A stretch of 64,000 nucleotides of DNA. It comes from the human T2T-CHM13v2.0 reference genome, Homo sapiens. Shown here one piece after another: positions 13,512 through 27,893 of the stretch; the first letter of the stretch is position 1; each line of letters opens with the position of its first letter. Both the position numbers and the translations under genes were made by a program. The stretch lies in the NCBI RefSeq assembly GCF_009914755.1, contig NC_060927.1; one strand, written 5' to 3'. The notes under the pieces were generated by a model. That model was not told where the DNA came from, did no database searches, and saw only the letters and a list, made by a program, of their open reading frames with translations.

Positions 13512-13635
13512 ACCTAATGTAAATGATGAGTTAATGGGTGCAGCACACAAACCTGGCACATGTATACATATGTAACAAACCTGCACGTTGAGCACATGTA
13601 CCCTAGAACTTAAAGTATAATTAAAAAAAGAAAAA
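13512..13635 (+). mobile_element. Short young L1PA (PA3-5-like) 3' end nested in L1PB
   Basis: acctaatgtaaatgatgagttaatgggtgcagcacac...gtaccctagaacttaaagtataat plus A tail. Probable TSD agaaaaa. Confidence 0.9.
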
Positions 13636-14262
13636 AAATTTTTGAAATTTCATACGGAACTGAAAAAGAGCCCAAATAGCCAAAGAAATACTAAGAAAAA
13701 AAAAACACACACACATCTGGAGCTATCACATTACCAGACTTTAAATTATACTATAAGGCTATAGTTACCAAAAAAGCATGGTGCTGGTATAAAAATAGGC
13801 ATTTATACTAATGGAATAGGACAGAGAACCCAGAAATAAAGTCAAATAATTACAACCAATTGATCTTTGACAAAGCATATGGAAGCATAAATTGGGAAAG
13901 GACATCCTATTCAAGAAATGGTGCTGGGAAAACTGCCAAACCACATGTAGAAGAATGAAACTGGATTCTCATCTCTCACCTTATACACAAATCAACTCAA
14001 GATGGATCAAAGACTTAAATCTAAGACCTGAAACCATGAAAATTCTGGAATATAACATTGGAAAATCTCTTCTGGACATTGGCATAGGCAAACAATTCAC
14101 GTCTATAGCCCCAAAAACAAAGGCAACAAGAACAAAAATAAATAAATGGGACCCAACTAAACGAAAAGGCTTCTGCACAGCAGAAGAAATAATCAGCAAA
14201 ATAAACAGACAACCCAGAGAATGTGAGAAAATATGTGCACACTGTGCATCTAACAAAAAACT

Positions 14263-14641
14263 TGTATTAATCCATTCTCATGCTGCACTAAAGAGCTGCC
14301 TGAGACTTAGTAATTTATAAAGGAAAGAGGTTTAATTGACTCTCAGTTACACCTGGCTGGAGAGGACTCAGGAAACTCACAATCAAGGTGGAAGGGGAAG
14401 CGAACACATCTTTTTCTTCACATGATGGCAGGAAGGAGAAGAGCCTAGCAAAAAGGAAAATACCCCTTATAAAACCATCAGATCTCATGAGAACTCACTC
14501 ACTATCATGAGTACAGCATCATGAGGGTAACTGCCCCTATGATTCAATTACCTCCTACTGTGTCCCTGCCACCACAAGTTTGGATTACAGGAACTACAAT
14601 TCAAGACAAGATTTGGGTGAAGACACAGCCAAACCATACCA
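14263..14641 (-). mobile_element. THE1 (C/D-like) solo LTR nested in L1PB
   Basis: tgtattaatccattctcatgctgc...acacagccaaaccatacca. TSD aaact/agact. Confidence 0.93.
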
Positions 14642-15188
14642 AGACTAGTTTTCAGAATCTACAAGGAACTCAAACAAATCCGCAAGAAAAAAACAAATAA
14701 TCCCATCAAAAGTGGGCAAAGGACATGAATAGACATTTCTCAAAAGGAGATGTACAACTGGCCACCAAACATGAAAAAAAATGCTAAGCATCACTAATTA
14801 TCAGTGAAATGCAAATTAAAACCACAATGAGATACCACTTTACTCCTGCACAAATAGCCATAATTGAAAAGTCAAAAAGCAATAGATATTGGCATGAATG
14901 TGATGAATAGGGAGCACTTTCACACTGCTGGCAGGAATGTCAATCAACACAACCTCTATGGAAAACAGTAGGGAGGCTCCTTAAAAGATCGATCTACCAT
15001 TCGATCCAGTAATCCAAAGGAACATAAGTCATTATAGAAAAGGACACATGCACACACATGTTTATAGCAACACATTTCACAATTCCAAAGATATAGAATC
15101 AACCTAAGTGCCCATCAACCAACAAGTGGATAAAAAAATGTGATATATATACATCATGGAATACTACTCAGCCATTGAGGTATAAAAT

Positions 15189-15191
<3 letters not shown>

Positions 15192-15224
<33 letters not shown>
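15192..15224. repeat. (AT)n microsatellite within L1PB
   Basis: About 16 AT units read directly. Confidence 0.95.
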
Positions 15225-15227
<3 letters not shown>

Positions 15228-15654
15228 GAAATATTACTCAGTGATAGAAAGAAATGAAGTAGTCTTTAGTAACAACTTGGATGAAGCTGGAGGCCATTAT
15301 TCTAAGTGAAGTAACCCAAGAATGGAAAACCAAATACTGTATGTTCCTGCTTATAAGTGGGAGCTAAGCCATGGGGACATAAAGACACACAGAATGATAT
15401 AATCGACTGTGGGGACTTGGTGAGGGAGGTTGGGAGGGAGGTGAGTGGTAAGGTTACATAGTGGGTACAGCATACACTGCTCACATGATGGGGGCACTAA
15501 AATCTCAGAATTCTTCACTATGGAATTCATCTATATAACCAAAAACCACTTGTACCCCAAAAGCTATTGAAATAAAAATAAGCATACAAATGGTAAAAAA
15601 AAACTCAAATAATAAACATTTCTAAAAATTCCCCAAATCAAACAAACAAAAAAC

Positions 15655-16027
15655 CATTAACCAAGATATGAAAACAACTTAAGTGTTTACTGACAGAAGA
15701 ATGGATAAAGAAATTGTCAGTGGTGAGTACCAGGAACAGAGAAGGGCAAAAAATGGGGAGAAGTACAACAGTACAAAGTTTTAGTTATATAGAATGAATG
15801 TCTAGATATCTAACAAACAGCATGAGGACTATAGTTATATTATATACTGAAATTTTGCTAATATGGCAGATTTTAGAAACTCTTACTACAAACACACATG
15901 AAAAGAAAAAGATAACTATGAAAGGTGATGAAAAGCATAATTTACTTGACTGAAGTAATTATTTTACTGTGTATATGTGTATATCAAAACACCATGTTGT
16001 ACACCTCAATATATACAATTTTAAAAA
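15655..16027 (+). mobile_element. L1MA (MA6-9-like) 3' UTR fragment
   Basis: gtacaaagttttagttatatagaatgaat...cagcatgaggactatagt...tatcaaaacaccatgttgtacacctcaatatatacaatt. Confidence 0.85.
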
Positions 16028-17836
16028 GGGTTCTTCATAATTACAATAAATGTCATAATTATACATACAAAACCTAGTTAATAATTTTAAATAAAATTAT
16101 TATACATTTTATGTTAATTTTTTCTGTGCAAATTATTTTATTTTTTCTCAAAAATGTAGTCATAACAATTATGCAAAGACATAGAAACCTAATCACCATT
16201 TCAGTGCTAACTGTTTTTAAATTAATTTTGGCAGATTATAATTTATTTTGCAGACATCTACCATCACTTTTATATTAAAAACAAAAAACAATTGTTAATT
16301 GATTATATATAATTTTTAATATATAGAATATTTGCTATATTTGGTTTTCAGTTCTGCAGCCTATGTTAGATTTACTGCAAACATACACGATTCCTAAGCT
16401 CAATATTAGTAGCGACTTTGCCACAGTTATGATTATTTGAGAGATCACCTAATCAAAGCATTTTCCCAGGATCTGCCAAAGAATCATTAAAGCATCAGGA
16501 AGAGTTCATTTTTTGTCTGTATAATACACATAAAGACAAAAGATGAATTATCCAATTATACTATGATTCATAAAAAATTCATCATTCTAATACCTATGAG
16601 CTGAAGTAGATATATAGATCCTATTAGCGATATGATTCCGTGTAACTTACAGGTGCCATGGTAAATATTTTATTTTATAAAAATAAGACCTTTTCCTTCC
16701 TACATTAATTTATTTCTCTGTACCTGAGGCAATATTTTCATTTCATCCTACATAAGAGATGTGAGAAAAATACAATATAACCAGCAACAAGTTCAGACAG
16801 GGCTAAACTTTACTAATGATGGGTTTTGAAAAAGATGTATTTTCTTTAGTTGCTCCATTATACACACTAAAATATTACTTCAATTGTGAATTAGGGGCAG
16901 TGAGGGTGAATCACCTCTCTACAACCACATCATAAATATTTTTTAGTACATACAGAGACAGCCAAAACACTAACATGATGATTAAACCTGCATTAATTGA
17001 TGAAAATATGTAAAGTTTACTCCACAGATAAAGCATGAATGTATATAAAATTAAGCTAAAACAATCATGGGTAGCTTGTCTTTATATCTCATTAATTACC
17101 CAAGTATATTCTCATCACAGTGTTTCTAGAACATAGTGGGTGTTTTAAGACCTTTGTGTCACCTGCATGGACTTGGGGTCAAGCAAAACTTATAGAATAT
17201 GCAGATATACATTTTGCCTATTCTGCCAAGACATATAAACCCCTTTAACTCTGACGAGGTGTTTCGTGTCCTTTGTCAGCATTGATGAAATTGGAAGAGG
17301 CTGACTTTCCAGCCTTTAAATAGACTAAAGTCTCAAATCTATCACAGATGCTGGAAATTCTAGCAATAAGGATAGAATGCTAAGACACATGGTTGTCTGT
17401 TATTAGTGATGAAAGATACAGGCCCTCCTGGGTGATTCAGGTTTATAAGATTCCCCTATGATTTTCTGCCAATGCTCTTGTCCAAGTTGTATGTGAGGAA
17501 ATAGAGAAATAAGCAACTATCACTGCCCTACCTTCTAATGAAAGGTCTGAGGCTAAGTGGGGAGAGGTGGAATTGAAACAGCTGCCCAAAGACTACTTTG
17601 TTTCCTATTTTATTCTGGTGGAGAAAGAAATATTCTTATGATATAGCGCAGCATGTTTCATAGCTCCAGCTAAAATGCAATGTGATTGTGGATGTTGAGT
17701 TCCCAAAGCTAAAATAAATGCTTTCAGTGATGAAGACCTTAATATTCACTATAGTGATTTTTGGTGGACCAAATGTTACATATTCACTTGATGGAGCAAT
17801 GAGTAAGCAGCAAATAACCATAAAAACAAAGCTGAT

Positions 17837-17885
17837 GCAGAGCCTTGCTTATGAGGGCAGAGCCTTGCTTATGAGGGCAGAGCCT
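17837..17885. repeat. 20-bp tandem repeat, about 2.5 copies
   Basis: (gcagagccttgcttatgagg)x2 followed by gcagagcct. Confidence 0.95.
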
Positions 17886-20130
17886 CTCCCTCCCTCCTTC
17901 CACTTTTACTTGGATTTAGCTGTTTTAAAGAGAATGATAATTTGGCTTGGATTTGAGGTCTTCCTGTCCCCAAGGAGGACTAAAGGCCATACATGTTGAT
18001 CCATACATGCTGGGAAATTTGAGGAGTAACTCAAACTTTTATGGCTCCATAAAAGTCTCTGTCCTACCTGTTTCCATGTGGGTTAAGAGGTGCTAACTTG
18101 GGTAGGTTCAAAATGGGAAAGAGATGAGAGTGTGACTTTGTGGGCTGAAACATTTTGACCAATTCAATTTACCATCATTGTTGCTACACTTAAAAATCCA
18201 ATGATTTTTTAAATGACATTAATGTTAGCTAATATAAATATTTGATATATTGTACAAAGATATTTGCTGTATTAATGACTGCAGTTAAATTGACTCATTT
18301 AGTGAATGTTTTTTTAAAATTCCTATAATAGCACATTGTTGTGGTTATAAAGGCATGCTGTATGTCTTAATACCTGGTACCTAGTAGATGCTTAATGATT
18401 TGTTAAACTAATTTAAAGTGAAGCAAATTTTATTAAAAGCTCCTATAAAATGGGGCTTACAATGTACTGGGTAAGAGGTAACCGCCAGAAGTTAAATATA
18501 ATTCCATCATTCTGAATATATTTGACGAAGTTCTATGGATGAGGAACCAAAAAAATCAATAAATATTTAAGTGCAAAGGCAAATAATTATCAAGGCGATA
18601 ACAGAGACATAGTTCTAGAAGGACTTTTATGACTCTTTGGGGAAAGTGAGAGTTGGAGGAGGGAGAGAAATTTGAATAATACCACTTCCACTCGTAAGTG
18701 TCTGATACTACATCTTCTGTCTTCAGTCTTCAGCCTGAAATCCATTTTGTGATCTAAAGCCACTTGATTTGCACTATGTAATAATATATATTTGAATGGT
18801 AAAGGTAGCAGAGTTCAGAGTACTTCACAGGCTTTTCACAGTACTCATAAGCATTTTGTATAAAGCAGCCTGAAGAAAGTAGACTCTTGAAGAGGAAACA
18901 TACACCAATACCTACTTTTCCCTAAAATGTTTTATTCATAGAAGCTAGAACTTTCAGAAAGCTCATCTATAGAAAAGAGTGGAAAATTAAACTAACCATA
19001 TGTAAGACAAACAATGTTTAAAACTCAAATCAGTTGTTGTCTAGATGTTAAATCAGGATCTTTTGTCCCTAATAAACTGAATTGTCTCAGTGACAGATAC
19101 TTTGAATTAGTCAGGATAATAGAAGACAAATCTTGGTCTACATGTTGTTTGAGTAATTTAATTGCAGAAAATAAATTTTGTCTAAATTCCTTAAGTAGCT
19201 AGGAAAAAAACTGAAGAATTTATTTTATTTGTCTCCTATAATTATTATTGTATTAACTATTGCTATAATTCAGGCAAAAGAAAAATTTGTTCTTCAATTA
19301 TTCACTTTGAATTATTCAAATTTTGTCAGTTTTTTCTTATGATAGGAAATACTAGCCCTTATAATTCGAAAACTTTTATAGTCCAACTAGTCTGCCTCTG
19401 AAAGAAAAATAGCTCTTGTAGAGGCTCTTACCACTGGCATTGGCTAGAATGAGGAGATAATTAGATCTGCAAATGTTACAGTGAAATCACTCTTCCCAAA
19501 TGGTTAGCCTCAACCTTGGGAAAATGTTTAGGTCAGCTCTTAATTTATCCATAGTGGGCATCTCGTCCCTAATGTGTTATAATGGGACATTAGTATGCTC
19601 CGAAAGTTAAACATTCGATTTATTTACTGGGAACAACTTAAAAAAAAATGCCGCAGAACGCAATGTGAACTTTTCAGGTTTCTGCTTACCTAAATCTGCT
19701 AAGATACTCTTGGAATATAAAGGCATTTTCTAGTTATGCTACATTAGCTAAACACAATAAAAACTAAGTATTTACTTAATTAAGTCAATTTTATCATAAG
19801 ATATGTCACATTAAATTAGTCACCAGAAACAATATGTTTATCTTTCTATGTTTTTTGTTTAGGGAAAGAATTCTCAGCTTGCATTAATTTTTCTTAAATA
19901 TGAAAAGTTAGCAGACTTATGTTACTTAAGATAATTTATTTCATTATAACATCAAATAATTGATACAAAGATATAAAACCATTTTGAGGATTTAAATACA
20001 TTTTATTATACTTTCAAAATATTTGAATATATTTATTTGGGACCTGATTATTATTTCTCAATAGCACATTTAATAAATGGCACCCTGTCTTCATAACAAA
20101 TCAGATTCTTCAACGTAAAGAATTAGTGCT

Positions 20131-20422
<292 letters not shown>

Positions 20423-23400
20423 TTATTGCTGTAAACTTAATAAGGAAATTACAGTGCACTTTTATATATTTTACATAAGAAATAAACTTTCATTGGACCT
20501 TGGTTCAAGATGACTGACTACAGACACCAGACATCCACCCTCTTCAGAAAGAATAACAAAAATGATAAACATGTAATCACACCTCAAATGGATTATCTGG
20601 GAAATGACATCAGAGTCCAATGGAGAACTCACGGGAAACACCTGAGGCACAGAAGGAGAAGGAAGCTAGCAGCCACTTGGCTGAGATTGGCTGAGACCCT
20701 GAAGGGGCTCAGTATTGCAGGAAAAGGGTAAGCAAGAGGGCTTCAGTGATTTACAGATCAGCTGCATACTACTGCAATCTGAACGATGAGGAAGCTCTTC
20801 TACTCTCACAAACCCTGACACTGTGTTGGTGGTGATTTGGAGACCCTGCAAGGTCACTGCCCCAGACAGATAACTCACACTGGATCACTTACCCACGCAC
20901 TGAGACCCGAGAGGCTGCAGTAGGGCAGTATTTTGGGAGCATAGCCATCAGAGGACTATAGCTAGCCCTGGGGATCACAGCCCCCATATTTTTATATCCT
21001 GGGAGCTCCCCTAACATTTCCCAGTGTCCGCCTGGAGAGCTGCAGTGGGTGGCACAATGCTAACTAGACCTGAAGATGCTACAGGGTCCCCAGGACTCGA
21101 GCCCACAGGGAGTACGACTCCCTGGGGAAAGGATGGTGCTGCACAACAGAAAGGTAGCCCCGGGGATGAAGGAAACCAAAGAGCTTGTTTGGCAGAGAGT
21201 GAAATCCCCTCCCACAGGCAGAGCAGCCTCTGTGCTCAGGCTTTTGTGTAGAGAACGGGACCCCTCCGCTCCCTTTGAATATGTATTTCTGCAGCTGCCA
21301 GAGGCTGGAGGCCGGTGAACTAGAGGTCTACCTGTCTGGGCTATAAGTGTCAACTGCAACCCCACACATGGTTGGCCTCCATGCCTGAGCTTCTGTGGAA
21401 TCCTGTGGTGCAGCAGCACTGCTGCCAAAGACAGCAGGAGTGCCTGAGAGCTGCTTGTCTGGGGATGTGGGTGTCAACCCTGTATTGCACCCACCACCAA
21501 CACCAGCCAGTACCACTGGGAGCCAGAGACATCCCATCACTGCTATTGCCATAGCCCACACCACACTATCTACCCAGGGACCCAAGAATCTGCTCACCTG
21601 CTGGGCCCACTGCTACCACTACCAGCATCTAAGTAAGCCATTGTGAGACTCAAGAACAGACCCTTCTGGACCCAATAAGAACAAAGCCAACATATGCCAC
21701 TCTGGGCCTCAAGGACAGGCATTCTCAGCCCACCACTGCTACTCCTGAGGCCAGAAGACTGGCCCACCTGCCATTCTTGTCCCAAGCAAAACTTTACCAC
21801 AATCTCCACTAATAACTGTACCCTAAGACACTGAGGATTTTACAGATATTAATGACACTATTTATAAACAAATATATCATACAGAGACGACAAAACTGCA
21901 TATACCCAGAATTGAAGCCAAGTGCCCTATACAACCGACACCACAGATATATCTTCAGGAAAAAGTCCTCTTGTACAAATGTAAACTCAAAAATAAAAAG
22001 AAGCAAATGCACGCACATTAAAATAAGGACACAGGAAACATGAAAAAGCAAGGAACTATGACATCGCCAAAGGAATACAATAATTCTCCATTAATAGATC
22101 TTAATCAAAAAGAAATTTCTCAAATCCCAGATAAAGAGCTCAAAATTTGAATTTAAAGAAGCTCAATGAGATACAAAAGAATTCTTAAAAACAATTTAGG
22201 ATATGACTGAAAAATTCATCAAAGAGATTTTTTTAAAAAAGGAACCAGACAGAAATTCTGAAAATGAAGAATTCATTGAAAGAAATAGAGAATATATTTG
22301 AAACCATCAACAATAGACTAGATCTGACAGAAGAAAAAATCTGAGAACTTCAAGACTGGTCTTTTGAAATAATCCAGGCAGAATAGAATAAAGGGAAAAA
22401 GAACAGAAAAGAGTGAGCAAAGTCTTAATGACATTTGTGAGAAAACAAAAAGATTGAATATTTAAAATTGTCAGCATCCTGGAGCGCAAAGAGGCAAGGA
22501 AAGCATTAGAAATTCTATTTAATGAAATAGATGAAAAGTTTAGCAAAAAAGTAAAAAAAAAAAAGTCGAAGTCTAGCAAAAAAAGAGAAATTAACATTCA
22601 AACACAGGAAGCTCAGTGATCTCTAGGAGGATGTAATGCAAAAATGTCTCCCCCAAAGCACATTCTGCTTAGACTGTCTAAAATTAAAGATAGGATGAAT
22701 TCTAATAACAGCAAAAGAAAAGCATCCAGACACCTATAAAGGAAACCCCATTAGACTAAGAGCAAACTTCTCAACAGAAATTTTACAGCCAAGAAGAGAA
22801 TGGAATATTATATTTAAAGTACTGAAAAAAAACTAGCAGCTGAGAATACTATTTTTATAAAATTATCCTTCATAAAAGAAGAAATAAAGTATTTCCCAGC
22901 CAAGCAAATGCTGAGAAAATTCATTAGCACATACCATTAGCACACACCACAGCTACGAGAACTCCTCAAGGGAGTCCTAAACCTGGGAATGAAAGGACAG
23001 CATTTATTATTATAAAAACATACAAAAATATAAAACTCACTGGCAAAGCCATCACACAATAAAGGAAGGGAAAGAACTCAATTAATACCACTTCAGAAAC
23101 CCAACAAACTATGACAACAACCAATAGGAGAAAAGGGAAGGAATAGAGAACATAAAAACAACCAAAAAACAATTAACAATATGACAGGAGAACAAAGCAT
23201 CACATATCAATAATAGCCTTGAATATAAATATATTAAGTTATCTGCTTAAAAGATCCAGGATGGCTGAATTAATTAAACAGCATGATAAAACTATATGCT
23301 ACTTACAAGAAACTCACCTTACTAATAAATACGCATAGACTAAAAGCAAAAAGATGGAAAAAGATGTTTCATACAAATAGGAACCAAAAATAAGCCACAA

Positions 23401-24714
23401 TAGCTATATTTAGATAAAAACAGACTTTACCTCAAGAATAATGAAAAACAAAAACTTCATTATATAATGACAAATGGGTCAATCCAGCAAGAGGATATAG
23501 TAATTCTAAATATATATGTACCTAATAATGGAGCACCCAGATTTATAAAGTAAATATTCCCATATCTAATGAGTGAAATAGACTGCAATGCCATAATAGT
23601 AGGGAACGTCAATATTCCATTCTCAGCAGTAGACAGATCATCTAGACAGAAAATCAACAAACAAATATTAGATTTAAACTAGACATCAGAGTAAATGAAC
23701 TTAACAGTTACAGAACATTCTATCAAACAAATGAAGACTATATATTATTTTCCTCAGCACATGAAACATTCTACAGGATAGACCATATGTTAGGTACAAA
23801 AAAAAAACTCAACAAACTTTCAAAAAATGAAATTATATCAAGTATCTTCTCAAACCACAATGGAATAAAACTAGAAATCAATACCAAAAGAAATGTTGGA
23901 AACTAAACAAATAAATGGAAAATAAGCATGATCCTGAATGACCATTAGGTTAGTGATGAATATTTTTAAAATGTTTTGATACTAATAAAAATTGAAACAC
24001 CGCATACCAAAACCTGAGGAATACAGCAGAAGCAATGCTAAGATGGAAATTTATAATAATAAATGCCTACATCAAAAAAGTAAAAGGATTACAAAATAGC
24101 AATCTAACAATGCATCCCAAGGAGCTAGAAAGGCCAAAACAAACTAAACCTAAAATTAGTGGAAGAAAAGAAATAATAAAGATTAGACTAGAACTAAATA
24201 AAACAAGATAAAAAATTAATGCAAAATATCAATGAAACAAAAATTGATTCTTAAAAATATAAACTAAATGGATAAACCAGTAGCTAGACTAACCAAAAAA
24301 AGAGCAATGACTCAGTAAACAATATCAGAAATGAAAAAATAAGACATTATAACTGATCCCACAGAAATAAAAAAATCATCAGATACAATTATAAACAATT
24401 ATGTGCTCATACCCTAAAAACCCTAGTGAAAATAGATACAATCCCGGAAACATTCAATCTCCTAAGATTAAATTATGAAGAAATAGAAAACTTGAACAGA
24501 TTATAATGAGTAGTGAGATTGAATCCATGGTAAAAAGTATCCCAACAAAGAAAAGTCCAGGACCAGATGGATTCACAGTCAAATTCTACCAAATATTCAA
24601 AGGAGAACTAATATCAATCTTCCTGAAACTATTCCAAGAACAATTGAAGAGGAGAAAACTCTCCTTACTCATTCTGTGACGCATGCATTACTCTGATACC
24701 AAAACCAGGCAAGG

Positions 24715-24772
24715 ACACACACACACACACACTCACACACACACACACACACACACTCACACACACACACAC
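24715..24772. repeat. Interrupted (CA)n microsatellite in L1
   Basis: CA run with two CT interruptions. Confidence 0.95.
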
Positions 24773-24797
24773 TACAAGCGAATATCCTTAATGAACA

Positions 24798-25173
24798 TGG
24801 ATTAGTCCATTCTTGCACAGCTATAAGGAACTATCTAAGACTGGGTAATTTATAAAGAAAAGGGGTTTAGTTGGCTCACAGCATTGCAGACTGTACAGGA
24901 AGCACAGCTGGGGAGGCCTCAGGAAACTTTCAGTCATGACAGAAGAGGAAGCAGGCACCATCTTTACCCAGCAGAGCAGGAGGGAGAGAGTGAAGGGGGA
25001 GACGCTATACACTTTTAAACAATGAGATCACTTGAGAACGCACTCACTGTCATGAGAACAGCAAGAGGGAAGTCCACCCCCATGTTCCAATCACCTACCA
25101 GGCCCCTCCTCCAACATTGGGGATTACAATATGACATGAGATTTGGATGGGGACACAATTTCAAACCATATCA
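24798..25173 (-). mobile_element. MSTA-like solo LTR nested in L1
   Basis: tggattagtccattcttgcacagctataagg...caaaccatatca. TSD gaaca/ggaca. Confidence 0.92.
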
Positions 25174-26258
25174 GGACATATACACGCAAAAAAATTTGAC
25201 AAAATACTAGTAAGCTGAATCTAACAGCACATCAAAAATAATACTGTACAATCAAGTGGATTTATACCAGACATACAAGAATAGTTCAACATATAAAAGT
25301 CAATAAATACGGTACAGGAAGAAAAAACATATGATCACCTCAATAGATACAGAAAAAGCAACTGATAAAATTCAACATCCCTTCATGATAATAACTCTTA
25401 ACAAACTAGGCATGGAAGAAACATACCTCCAAATAATAAAGGCTTATAAGACAAGCCAAGAGCTAATTTTATACTGAATCCAGAAAAGTTGGAAGTCTTC
25501 TCTTTTAAGAACTGGACCAAGAAGTTACGCTCACTCTCACCACTGCTATTCAACAAAGTGTGCACTGAGAGTCCTAGCCAGAGCAATCACGTAAGATAAA
25601 GAAATAGAAGATATTCAGGTTGGAAAAGAGAAAGTCAAATTGTCCCTCTTTGCAATGATATGATCTTATATTTAGAAAGCCTAAAGACTCCACCAAAATA
25701 TTCTCAGAATTAATCAACAAATTTATTACAGTTGCAGGATATAAAATAAAGATACAAAATCAGTAATGTTTCTATATACCAATAAGGATCTAGCTGAGAA
25801 AGAAATCAAGAAGTCAATACCAGTTACAATAACAATAAATAAATAAATAAACCTAAATAAATACATAAATAAATAAATGTGAAAGATCTCTATAAGGAAA
25901 ATCACAAAACACTGATGAGATAAATTGAAGATAACACATGAAAAAAGAAAAAACATGTCATGCTCAAAGATCTGAATAATTATTGTCTTTATTGTCTTTA
26001 AAATGGCCATATTGCTGAAAGAAATCAATAGATTCAATGCAATCCTTATCAAAATACCAATGTCATTCTTGACAGAATTATTAAAACTTATTCCTATAAT
26101 TTGTATGGAACTGAAAAAAAAAGCCAAAATAGCCAAAGCAATTCTAAGCAAAAACACAAAGCTGGAGGCATGACATTATGTAACTTCTAAATACATTACA
26201 AGGCTGGGCTGTAGTAACCAAAACAGCATGACACTAGTGTAAAAACAGACACATGAAC

Positions 26259-27296
26259 TGACATGATTTGATTTTGTGTCCACACTCAAACCTCATGTCA
26301 AATTGTAATGCTCAGTGTTGAAGGAGAGGCTTGGTGGGAGGTGACTGGATCATGGCGGTGGATTTTTCCCTTGCTGTTCTCATGATAGTGAGTTCTCAGG
26401 AGATATGGTTATTTAAAAGTGTGCGGCACTTCCCCCTTCACTTTCTTCCTCCTGCTCCAGCCATGTAAGACACAACTCCTGCCTCTTTGCCTTTTGCCAT
26501 GATTGTAAATTCCCTGAGGCCTCCCAACCACGATTCCTATACAGCCTGCAGAACTATGAGCCAATTAAACCTCTTTTCTTCATAAAATGCAGTCTCAGGT
26601 AGTTCTTTATGGTAATATGAGAATGGACTAATACAGAAAATTGGTACTGAGGGTGAGGCATTGCCTATCTTTATATCTTTATAAGATATCTGAAAATTTG
26701 GAAGCAACTATGGAACTGGGTAACAGACAGAGGTTGGTACAGTTTAGAGGGCTCAGAAGAAGACAGGAAGATGAGGAAAAGTTTGAAACTTCCTAGAGAT
26801 GTTTTAAATTGTTGTGACCAGAATACTGATAGTGACGTGGTCAATGAAATCCAGGCTGAAGGTGGTCTCAGATGAAAATGAGAAACTTATTGGGAACTGG
26901 ATTATAGGTCCCTCTTGCTATGCTTTAGCAAAAAGACTAGCAGCATTGTGGCCCTGCTCTAGATATCTGTGGAACTTTGAAATCGAGAGTGATGATTCAG
27001 GGTATCTGGTAGAAGAAATTTCCAAGTAGCAACATGTTCAAGAAGTAGCCTGCCTGTTTCTAATAGCATATGGCCATGTGCATGAGCAAAGAGATTATCT
27101 GAAGCTGGAACTTATATTTAACAAGGAAGCAGAGCATAAAAGTTTAGAAAATTTGTAGCCTGACCATGTGGTAGAAAAGAAAAATCAACTTTTCTGGGGA
27201 GGAATTCAAGCTGGCTGCAGAAATTTGCACAATAAAGAGGAGCTGAATGTTAATAACCAAGACAATGGGGAAAATGCCTTGAAGGCATTTCAGAAA
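26259..27296 (+). mobile_element. MSTA-like LTR (26259-26635) plus 5' part of the MaLR internal region
   Basis: LTR ends gagaatggactaataca. Internal region gaaaattggtact...ggaactgggtaacagacagaggttgg...aatggggaaaatgccttgaaggcatttcaga. Confidence 0.92.
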
Positions 27297-27369
27297 GCTT
27301 CCCTTGTACCCCATAAATGTGTGCAAATAGAAAAATGGAATAAACTATTATTTTAGACTTCACATCACA

Positions 27370-27570
27370 TCACTCGTTTTATCCACCTTATACAGTTTCA
27401 TAGCACAATCGTCATAAGCATAAGTTGAATTATCTGTCTTCCTCTATAAATTTTAAGCTTCTTAAGGACAAGGACCATGTAATTCATCTCGTATAATGTT
27501 GGGTCCCCAAAACACAACACAGCTCCTAGAACCAAGTAGGTTTTCAGTAACTATTTGATAAATTGAGTTA
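27370..27570 (+). mobile_element. L2 3' end fragment
   Basis: taagcttcttaaggacaaggaccatgt...cacagctcctagaaccaagtaggttttcagtaactatttg. Confidence 0.65.
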
Positions 27571-27893
27571 AAAAGAGAAATGAGAGCAGACATTACAGAA
27601 GTCTTGCAGACAATTTACACTTCCAGTGCAGCTCTTATAAGCCTATACCATTAATGTTGATAGATATCAATTCCTGGCTTCTAAACTTAGGCTATTGTTC
27701 ACTCTGATTTTAAATAAAAGCTAGGCATTTCCCTAAACCTTATTTGTGGAACCCTCATTTTTAAATCCTGCAACATTTGAATTTGGGCTAGTTATTATTT
27801 AGAATTTTTTTTAATTAACCTATCACCTGCTAATATTATGCATTTTTATGTGATATGTAAATAAAGGATCTTATTTAAACTTTTTCTTAAATA

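Larger units (their letters stand above)
12935..15582 (+). mobile_element. 5'-truncated L1PB (ORF2 3' half plus 3' UTR)
   Basis: ORF 13892-14260 is L1 ORF2 (WCWENCQTTCRRMKLDSHLSPYTQINSRWIKDLN). 3' end gggtacagcatacactgctc...aaccacttgtaccccaaaagctattgaaataaaa is L1PB-type. Confidence 0.92.
20495..26258 (+). mobile_element. Near full-length old L1 (L1PB4/L1MA-like): 5' UTR, degenerate ORF1 (~22020-22980) and ORF2 (~23180-26258)
   Basis: caagatgactgactacagac 5' start, GC-richer 5' UTR, ORF1-like aaaaagcaaggaactatgacatcgccaaagg, then collinear ORF2. Confidence 0.9.

Noticed and set aside
13892-14320. 142-aa ORF as a gene
   Set aside because: It is an L1 ORF2 remnant that reads into a THE1 LTR; flanking ORF2 has stops and frameshifts.
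20500-21850. GC-richer, ORF-dense region as a gene promoter or first exon (likewise 50010-52000)
   Set aside because: CpG-depleted and directly upstream of L1 ORF1; these are L1 5' UTRs.
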